A DNA stretch of 64,000 nucleotides, from assembly GCA_016198755.1 (NCBI GenBank), contig JACQIB010000004.1, positions 96,001 through 160,000 of the forward strand, given 5' to 3'. Positions 28,482 through 37,500 of this stretch are shown one piece after another; the stretch's first letter is position 1, and every line of letters begins with the position of its first letter. This stretch comes from Candidatus Aenigmatarchaeota archaeon. GTDB lineage: Archaea; Aenigmatarchaeota; Aenigmatarchaeia; Aenigmatarchaeales; JACQIB01. Made by a program: the position numbers and the translations under genes. The notes under the pieces were generated by a model. The model made no database searches. It worked only from the letters and a program-made list of their open reading frames with translations, and was not told the DNA's origin.

Positions 28482-30083
28482 TTAACGCTTATTCTTCCTG
28501 CGTTTTATTACTATTATAAAAAACTCCCTGTAAACTACAACAGATACAAACGCAACAGCAACCCCTATAACAATTATTACAGGAAGTGCTGGAAGTTCCT
28601 CTATTGGCTGCGAAACTATATCCACTCTCTTTTCAATAGTCTCTGTCCCACTCTCATTCTGGATAGTTATCTGCAGTGAGGTTGGGAGTATTCCATTTTC
28701 ACTTGAAGCAATTTCTATTTCCACTTCCCTCTCTTCCCCAGCAGCCAGAGTGAGAGTTATTGGCTTTGTTAAAACAGTTATTCCTTGTTGTGGTTTAAGC
28801 AAAACTGTAATATTTACTGTACTATTCTGGGTGTTCTTTACAAGTATACGAACCTTACCACCTATTATTCCAGTTATCAAAACAGGCGTTTCAATTCTAT
28901 TGATATCCAGCCCTCTATAAACCGCGGGTGTAATAGTAAATATTCCCAATGTTCTCACTTCTGTACCGCCGGCAGAAGCCTTGTAAGCAAATGGATAGTT
29001 CTTTACTCCAGCTTCTTTCGGAGGCTTAAAAAGAACAGAAAAAGCCTGTTCCTGCCCGGGCTTCAGTATCATAGACACGGGCTTTACTTCAAACCAGCTT
29101 TTATTCAATCCTTCTATATCCAGATAAAGCAGAAGTGGAGAGGAAGAGTTGTAAAAGCTTGAGATAGAAACTGTAGTGAAAATAAAGTCCCCAGCCGAAA
29201 CCCTTACCTCATCCTGATATTTTGTTATGTTCAGCTTTGGCTGGGTTGGTTGTAATGTTGTTGTGGTTTCTGTAACAGCAGCTCCGCCTCCTGCCCCTCC
29301 AACACCTTTTGATCCCCCAGACTCAGGTGAAGCCACTACAGTAAATGTATCAAATGCTGTTACATAATAGTCAGCTGAGTGTGCAGTGGCAGAAAGCCTG
29401 TAAGAACCTGGAGTTGGGGGAGCTGTAAACTTTACTATCCTTGTGTATGTCTGCCCGTTGCTAAGTGCAACAACATACTGCCCCAGCTCAGTTGTAAGAG
29501 AATAGTTTACTGTAGTGTCAACAGTGCCCGAGGAAAAGCTGCTTACAGTTATATTGGCTGACACTGAACCGAAAGATACTGGAGACTTGTCTATTACCTC
29601 CACAAAAACATCATATACAGGGGAGTTTGCTGTAAAGTTTGTTATATTGCTATCCCAGAGAACGCTGCGCGTTCCATTGTAAATCTGTGTTGTTATCTGA
29701 TAGAGGCCAGTGGTATTCGGGATGAAGTTTACAGAACAGTTTTTTAGACTATTGGATGCAACTGTTAAAGAGCAGCTTGTATTCTGGAAAACTCCCAGAG
29801 TGTTATTCATTGTAAGGTTTATAAAAAGCAAATCTCCAAGGTTTCCTGTATTCTGCACTGTTGCTGTAACATTAATTGAGCTGTTTGCACGAGGAGAAGG
29901 TGTTATGTTCAGGTCTGTAAACCTGCCCACTGCAAGGCTCTGTATGCTTGCATTTGATGTAACAGGCTCTGTTTGCTGGGTAACATATGCTACAGTCGAT
30001 AATAGTGGGAAGAAAACGTATATTAAAAGGAAAAGAACTGCAACAAAAGCAATCTCCCAGTCTCCAGTAGTTTTAGCATGCAT
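28482..30083 (-). CDS. Membrane-anchored multi-Ig (CARDB/NEW3-like) surface protein
   Basis: N-terminal hydrophobic segment, V.NTG and LKPGQE-type Ig motifs, Gly-rich linker, C-terminal TM with basic tail. Confidence 0.75.
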   Translation of the reverse strand: MHAKTTGDWEIAFVAVLFLLIYVFFPLLSTVAYVTQQTEPVTSNASIQSLAVGRFTDLNITPSPRANSSINVTATVQNTGNLGDLLFINLTMNNTLGVFQNTSCSLTVASNSLKNCSVNFIPNTTGLYQITTQIYNGTRSVLWDSNITNFTANSPVYDVFVEVIDKSPVSFGSVSANITVSSFSSGTVDTTVNYSLTTELGQYVVALSNGQTYTRIVKFTAPPTPGSYRLSATAHSADYYVTAFDTFTVVASPESGGSKGVGGAGGGAAVTETTTTLQPTQPKLNITKYQDEVRVSAGDFIFTTVSISSFYNSSSPLLLYLDIEGLNKSWFEVKPVSMILKPGQEQAFSVLFKPPKEAGVKNYPFAYKASAGGTEVRTLGIFTITPAVYRGLDINRIETPVLITGIIGGKVRILVKNTQNSTVNITVLLKPQQGITVLTKPITLTLAAGEEREVEIEIASSENGILPTSLQITIQNESGTETIEKRVDIVSQPIEELPALPVIIVIGVAVAFVSVVVYREFFIIVIKRRKNKR

Positions 30084-30121
30084 AAAAGAATTGCGCTGCG
30101 CCCGCTTAAAAGGCTTATCCC

Positions 30122-30805
30122 CTACTTTTTCTTTCCAAGCTTTTTCTTCAATTCCTGTTCCTGTTTCTTTAATTCAGCTAACTTTTCAGTAGCGGATATT
30201 TTGCCAGCTTTTTCCCTTCCCAGTTTAACAGTCCTGTATCCGGAAACAAGCTTTCTGCGTTCCAAGAAAACACCTATTGCTGTTGCAACAGCTCCTATGG
30301 CTGTTATAAAACCTGAAAACATCCCCCATTCCCCAACGAAAACGCTTAATGGAGCCTGTACAGAAGCGCCTACAGCAGAGCCTGTTGCAGCCAAATTAGT
30401 TCCTGGAGCATATGAAGCCAAGACCTTTCCTTTATACTGGGCAGGCATAAAAGGCGGGAATCTGGCTGTTGGTGCGGAAAAACAGACTTTCACGGCCCTT
30501 CCATCGCGTGGCATTGTTTTTGCAGGTACAGCTACTGCTGCTGGCTCTGTTCTTGTAACCATTCCGGAAATATCCCCCTCCACTTTTATAGAGGCAACAA
30601 CATCTGTATCAAACGGATTGTAAATATAGTATTGTGTGCAGGTTTCTTTCAGGTCTGGCACTCCAATAGCTTCCTGATCCCATCTCAGCCCAACACCAAT
30701 ATACTGCGCAGAAGCTAAAGTAGGCAGCAGTGATATGGGTATGGCAAAAGCAAGTAAAAGTAATAATGCCCGTTTATTTCCCATATTTTGAACTTTGTTT
30801 TCCAT
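30122..30805 (-). CDS. Secreted single-Ig protein with C-terminal membrane anchor
   Basis: GAGG SD overlapping the upstream stop; signal peptide (ASA|Q), Ig-like domain, TM, Lys-rich tail. Confidence 0.7.
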   Translation of the reverse strand: MENKVQNMGNKRALLLLLAFAIPISLLPTLASAQYIGVGLRWDQEAIGVPDLKETCTQYYIYNPFDTDVVASIKVEGDISGMVTRTEPAAVAVPAKTMPRDGRAVKVCFSAPTARFPPFMPAQYKGKVLASYAPGTNLAATGSAVGASVQAPLSVFVGEWGMFSGFITAIGAVATAIGVFLERRKLVSGYRTVKLGREKAGKISATEKLAELKKQEQELKKKLGKKK

Positions 30806-30815
30806 ATTTATAACC

Positions 30816-31454
30816 TCAACAGGCTGTTTCATTTTCAGTTCCAAGGAAGTTTACTGTATTGTTGTAAATACCAGCGCGCTGGCCTGAAGGTATTGTTAAC
30901 CAAAATCTAAAACTGATAACAGTACCTGCCACGCTGTCATTTCCAATACCATCTATATATTTTTTAGCAGTGTCTATTGCAATGCCTGTGCCCAAGAACG
31001 GGTCGCGCGGGGCAGTAACGCTTGGTGCATTTACTGTATAGTTTGAGGCATTAAAGAGGAAGTTTATGTTTGGTATTGTTGCTGTATCTCCTCCGGATAT
31101 ATTGGTCAGGTTCGCATTATCATAAATACAGATATCCACTCCCACGTTTGTAGTGGAGGAAATAGATATATTGTACATAGATAGATTTCCGCCCGCATAG
31201 TTTGTTTGATTGTAGTTTCCAGAAGCATTATTGTTGCTTGTTCCAGGGTTTACAGCGCCAAATGCAATTCCGGCAGATAAATTTGTTGTAATTCCCAGTG
31301 CAACGAACTTGTTTATGCTTACATTAGCTGTTGTGCTCTGTGTATCTGTGGTAGCAAAGCCTGTTAGCTTGCCTCCGAATGAAAACAAAGAGAGGGAAAT
31401 TGCCATTAGCAAAAACACTGTTACCGTCAATATTTTAGCCCTGTTGTCTCCCAT
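30816..31454 (-). CDS. Secreted WxL/pilin-like beta-sandwich protein (candidate major filament subunit)
   Basis: N-terminal TM plus LTGFA; ends FWLTIPSGQRAGIYNNTVNF; homologous to the C-terminus of the 2708-aa protein. Confidence 0.6.
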   Translation of the reverse strand: MGDNRAKILTVTVFLLMAISLSLFSFGGKLTGFATTDTQSTTANVSINKFVALGITTNLSAGIAFGAVNPGTSNNNASGNYNQTNYAGGNLSMYNISISSTTNVGVDICIYDNANLTNISGGDTATIPNINFLFNASNYTVNAPSVTAPRDPFLGTGIAIDTAKKYIDGIGNDSVAGTVISFRFWLTIPSGQRAGIYNNTVNFLGTENETAC

Positions 31455-31527
31455 ACTATCACATTATTTTTTAACTATTTAAGCCTTGATTTTGTCTTAT
31501 TTTTACTATATGTTTTTATATTCCCTC

Positions 31528-34500
31528 CTAACTGCTTTTGTTAGCAGTGAATATTATTGAGTTGTTATACAGACCTGGAGTCTGCCCCGTTGGGATTGCA
31601 AGGCGGAACTTAAAGTATACAGTTGTTGTGCCAGCTGCAATCTGGCTTTTAACAAGCTGGTCTGTCAAACTCATTGTCTGGAACGGGGAAATTGTTTCCA
31701 GCGTGTTGTCTGTGCTGGAGTTTAAAAAAGTCATATTGCTAATTCCTATAATGGATGTACCTCCTGTCTTGTTTGTTAAATGATCGTTTGCCCTCAGCCA
31801 GATATCTGCACTGCAGCCTGCATTTGTTAACTGGACAGAAAAAGTTGTAACTCCTGTTCCATTATTGCCTGTTGCGTTTATAGTAGTCCCAGGATTTATT
31901 ACATCGTATCCTATTGGAGCGCTCAGATTTGTTGAGAGTCCGAGGGAAATTGAGCAGGCAGCACCTGAAACATTTGCATAAACAGTTCTTGCACCTGCAG
32001 AATAGTTCTCATCTCCTGTAAAATAGCCCGTTACATTATAGTTGCCAGCTGTAGAAAATGGTCCTGTAAGGTTTATTAGAGGAGGGGCTCCTGAAGTTGC
32101 ATTTATCCAGCCAGTAAAGTTCGAGTCTATTTTAACTGTCTGCACTGAAAAGTTCAAAGCCTGTGTTGTTGAATTAAGCAAAACAGTTATGTTCAGTGTA
32201 TCTGTATCATTATAGTCCCTGTTCCCGTCTGTTCCGTTCAAAAGAACTGTTAGGTTTGTTGCTCCCTTGTTTACAAGGTAATTCAAGCTTGAGCTCCCAA
32301 CAGTAAAGTTTGTTGTGGCAGTTGAGTTGCAGATATACTGCCATGTGCTAACATTCAGCCTGAATGTTGTGCTGTTTTCAGGAGTTGTAACATCAAATGA
32401 AAGGCTTGAAATGTTTCTATAAAGTTTTACTGTAACACCTGCATCAGTGTTTGAACTGGAGCAGTTAGACTGGCTTGTTGTAGGATAAGTTATGGGACTA
32501 GAGGGGGATATTGTAAGTGTTATTGTAGGAGTTAAAGTGTTTACTGTAAGAGTGTATGATGCTCCAGTATCATTTGCTGAATAGTTTGCATTTGAGCTCA
32601 TATTAACTTTATAGGAATATGTCCCTGCCCCCAGCTTTATTGTTTCAGTGCTGCTCTTGGAAACTCCATCTCTGAATAAATTGGCTGTGCCTGCAGTTGA
32701 GAAGTTTTTACTTGCCGTGGCTATAATGTTTGCCCCATAGAACATAGCTTTGTTTGAGTTGAAACTAACAGTTCCATTATCCAAAGTCAGGTCCACAAAA
32801 TTGCTTGTATTTACAGCCACAGAATATGGTATAACTCTGGTTGTGTTTACCTTAGATGTTGTGTCTGTACCAATCCAGCGATACTGGTAAGAGCCCCCAG
32901 CCAGATCAGAGAAGTTTATAACATACAGGCCATTTATCTGATCACCAGTGCTGCGTGCAACAGTATAGTTTGTTAGGCTGGAATTCAGGTTCGCTTCAAA
33001 TAAAACAGTGTCTATACCCCCGTCATCGCTCCAGTTTGCCTGGAATCCATAATTCTTGCCCGGAGCATAGACTGTTGCAGATGGGACAGAAGTAAAGTTG
33101 TTTGTGTAGTTTGGATTATTGTTCGGGGCAACTGCTGTATATGTATAGGTAAACCATGCTGTAGGTGCAATATCAAACATCTGCTGAGTTATGACCATTA
33201 TACTAAAGTTGTATTGTGTTGTTGCATTTGCAAGACCATAAAAATCAATTCCTGATCCAGCAGGAGCTGAATTTCCAGATAAGTTGGAAGCATTAAACAA
33301 ATGCTGTTCAGGGCTGAGCAAATCAGAGTCCTGCACAACAATCTGCCCCTGCTGGACTTGAGAATGGTTAATCCATGGCCTTATCTGTCCCACTCCAGCT
33401 GTTGAGCCTTTTACAGGAATATCTATCCAGCTGTTCCTTACTGCTGGGTTGTCTGGAGTGTAAATATATAGAGCTTGTGTAGAGGCGTTCTGGGCAGCGT
33501 TTGTGGTATTACTGAAATTTGTAAAATATCCTATGGTTTTCAGTTGCGTGGAAGAATCATTTGGATATGTATAAATCAAGTCGGCAGTAAACCAAGTGTT
33601 TGACTGAGCTTGCGTGCGTGCCCAGAGAGTTACATTATGTCTATTATCACCGGTTGTTGTAGAGTAAAACTCTCCAGATCCATCTGAACCGTTCACAATA
33701 ATCCACTTCGGAGAGATAAAATCTGTATCAGCAACGCCTATATTATTTCCGTACTGGAGATTTGAACCATTCACAGTTATATTCATTATCCCACCAGCTG
33801 TTCCATTCCCCTGCGTATAAATTGTAAGATAAGCGCTCCTCACTGCAACACTACTTTCAGGAATATACATGTCAAACAGGGAAGACCAGTTTGTGTTTGC
33901 AGCTATAGAGAAAGTCCTGTTACCAAAGAAGCGTACATGTTTCAGTTGTGTTGTGGAACTGGAATCATAACTGTAAGTTACTGTAGCTTTAATCCAAGCA
34001 TCGTCCAGTCTGTTTGTATAAGTTCTAAAAGTAACATTATAATAGTTGTTACCTGTGCCCGCATTATAAAACCCATTTACATAATTTTGTGTGTTGTTTG
34101 AGGCATTAAATGCCCAGTGTATTGGAGCACGGGTAGAGGTTTGCACAGATCTGTTCAGCGAATAATAAAGAGCAGTTTGGTTTATGTAGACATCAGCCTT
34201 CCCTTGTGCTGTCCCACCAACATTTGTTTCTCCATAAACTTCTACAAAGGCGTTCCTTACTGTTATCTGGTTTTCTGGAATGTAAAGATTGAAATCCATT
34301 GTAGTGAAGTTAGAGTTTGCAGTTATGTTTGCAGTGCGGTTTACAAAATAAGTTATTGTTTTCAAATGTGTTTCTGATATTATATCATATTCATAAGTTA
34401 TGTAGGCTTTTGCCCAAGTGTTGAAAAATTGCTTTGCATCAGATTTTATTTCCAGTCCGAATTTGTTATCTCCTTGAGTTATACCATAAAGACCGCTATA

Positions 34501-37500
34501 AGGGGTTGTTGTGTTAGAGGCATTGAACCTGTAGATTGAAGGGAAAACCTGATCTGCATCCATTATACCTACTTTGCTTGCATAATCCAACGGAGTTCCG
34601 TTTAATAGCACTCGTAGGTTGGCGCCTCCTCCCGCATCCCCTTCTGTATAAACTTCTATCCACGCACTTTTAACAGAAACTCCTCTCTCTGGTATATATA
34701 CAGAAAAGTTGCTTGTGAACACACCACTGGCATCAGTCATGTTGCTGCTGTTAATAAACCATTCTATTGTTTTTATTGAGTGATTGCCTACGAGAGGATT
34801 TATTATATATGGTATTACTCCAGTATCATTTATCTGCTGCATTGTGTCGTTTGCAATCCATCTATATTGATAAGTTCCGTTTGTCAAGCCAGTAAAGTTT
34901 ATTGTATATATTGCCTGTGTTAAATTCCCGCCTGCAAGCTTTGTGAGTGTAAAGTTCTTCAGGCTTGAATTCAGGTTTGTCTCAAATGTTACATTAACAA
35001 TTTCAGCAACCTCAGTTGAGATATTGGTTGAAAAGCCATAGTTTCCAGTGCTGTGTATTGTATCTAAATCTGGAATGCTGGTTGCATTGTTTATGAAAAC
35101 TGGAGTTCTGTTTCCTACAGAATATGGTATAACACCTGTAGTATTCACATAATTATCCGTATCATTGGCAATCCATCTGTACTGGTAAGAACCTGTAGAT
35201 ATATTTGTAAAGTTTATAAGATACAGGCCATTGAAGCTGTCGCCTGCAGTCCTGCCAACAGTAAAGTTTTTCAGGCTGCTGTTGAAATTAGACTCGAAAA
35301 ATACAATCTGCACCCCAAAGTTGTCTGTCCAGTTTGTCTGGAAGCCCCAGTTTTTGTTCAGCTGATATACTGTACCGCTTGGCTGAGATGTAACATTGTT
35401 CTGGAATTGTGGAGGAGGGGCTGGAGAGTATGTATATGTAAACCAACCAACAGGAGCTATATTGAACATTTGCTGAGTTATGACCATTATACTAAAGTTG
35501 TATTGTGTTGTAGCGTTTCCGAGTGCATAAAAGTCATTTCCTGTTGTTGCAGAAGCATTGAAAAGCCCCTGAAACGGGCTTAGTACAGTGTCTGTATCAG
35601 GTATAACAGTCTGTCCCTGATTTATCTGGGAGTGGTTAATCCAAATCCTTACCTGACCTGCCCCTGCTGTGCTCCCATGAACATAAGTATCTACCCAGCT
35701 GTTTCTTACTGTTGGATTATCTGGAGTGTAAATGTATAGAGCTTGTGTAGAGGCGTTCTGGGCAGCGTTTGTTGTGTTGCTCTGGTTTATGAAGTAACCT
35801 ATTGTTTTCAGCTGGCTGGTAGAGTCATTTGCATAGGTATAAACAAGTCCTGCCCTGAACCAGCTATCTTTCTGCGCCTGCGTCCTCACCCACACGCTTA
35901 CATTATGTCTGTTGCTACCTGTTGTTGTACTGTAAAGCTCTCCAAATCCATCTGAAGCGTTCACAGAAACCCATATCGGGGCAATAATATCTGTATCAGT
36001 AACAGCAATATTGCTTGAATACTGCAGGTTAGACTGGTTTATGCTTATGTTCATTGTACCTCCAGCAGTGCCGTTTCCATGAGTATAAAAGTCAAGATAG
36101 GCATTCCTGATCGTAACAGAGGTTTCCGGAATAAAAATATCAAAGAGAGAGGACCAGTTTGTGTTTGCAGCAATAGCAAAAGTGCTCCTGTTACCAAAGA
36201 ACTTTACACTATTTAACTGTGTGGTTGAATTTGCAGCATAAGAATATGTTGCAGTAACCTTTATCCAAACATTGTCCATGCGGTTTGTATAGGATCTGAC
36301 TGTTATGTTATATAGGTTATTACCTGTGCCTGCAGTATAAAGTCCGTTTGCATAGCTTAAAGTTGAATTAGAGGCGTTAAACATAAGGAATGTTGGGGCG
36401 CGCGGCGTTGTCTGCAGGCTCCTATTCAATCCATAATCCACTCCTGTACCGTTTATGTACACATCAGTCTTTCCTTTTGTTGTTCCTGAAACAGCTGGCT
36501 CTGTATAAACCTCTATAAAAGAATTTCTGACCTTTACCTGATCCTCGGGGATATAGAGATTAAAATTATAGTTTGTGAAATTAGAGTTTGCGCTAACATT
36601 GGCAGTCCTGTTTACAAAATAAGTTACTGTTTTCAGTTGCGTTTCAGAGTTTGTATCATACTCATAAGTTACATAAGCTTTTATCCAGCCGTTGAAGGAG
36701 TTCTTTGCAAACCCATCCACTTCAATCCCAAAATTATTTTCCCCCTGAGCTATACTGTAGAGGCCGTTAAAGTTTGCGCTTGCATTCGAGGCATTGAATC
36801 TCCATATATTTGGAAAAAACAAATCAGCATCACCAATCACAGCTTTGCTTGCATACTGCAGAGGAGTTCCGTTAAGAAAAATCACAAAATAGTCTCCTGC
36901 AGACTCTGAACCCTCTCTATAAACCTCTATCCACGCACTTTTAACAGAAACTCCTCTCTCTGGTATATAGATGCTGAAATTCGAAATAGCATCACCTGTA
37001 ATGGTTGTCATGTTTGAGCTATTTACAAACCACTCTATTGTCTTTATTGAGGCAGCTCCAGGTATGGGATTCATTGAATAAGGTATAACTCCTGTTGTGT
37101 TTACACCGCTTGCACTGTCGTTTACTATCCATCTGTATTGGTAGGTTCCGTTTGTCAGGCCAGTAAGACTAGTGAAGTTTATTGTATAGGTTGCAAAGGT
37201 TGTGTTTCCGCCTGCAACAGCAGATATAGTAAAGTTTTTCAGGGTTGCATTCAGGTTTGTTTCGAAAGTTACGTTGATAATTTCTGTTCCAAATGTAGTT
37301 ATGTTTGTTGAAAATCCATAGTTTGCTGTAGCATTTATTGGGAAGTTAGAAGGCATGGAGCTTGCGTTGTTAACAAAAATTAGTTGAGAGTTTGCTATAG
37401 AAAATGGTATAATGCCGGTTGTGTTTATATTGTTTGCAGAATCATTTGCTATCCAGCGATATTGGTAGTTTCCGGCAGAGAGCGTTGAACCAGTGAAGTT

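Noticed and set aside
32800-37400. Long repeats as a mobile element or DGR template/variable pair
   Set aside because: In-frame domain duplication; no reverse transcriptase or transposase in the window.
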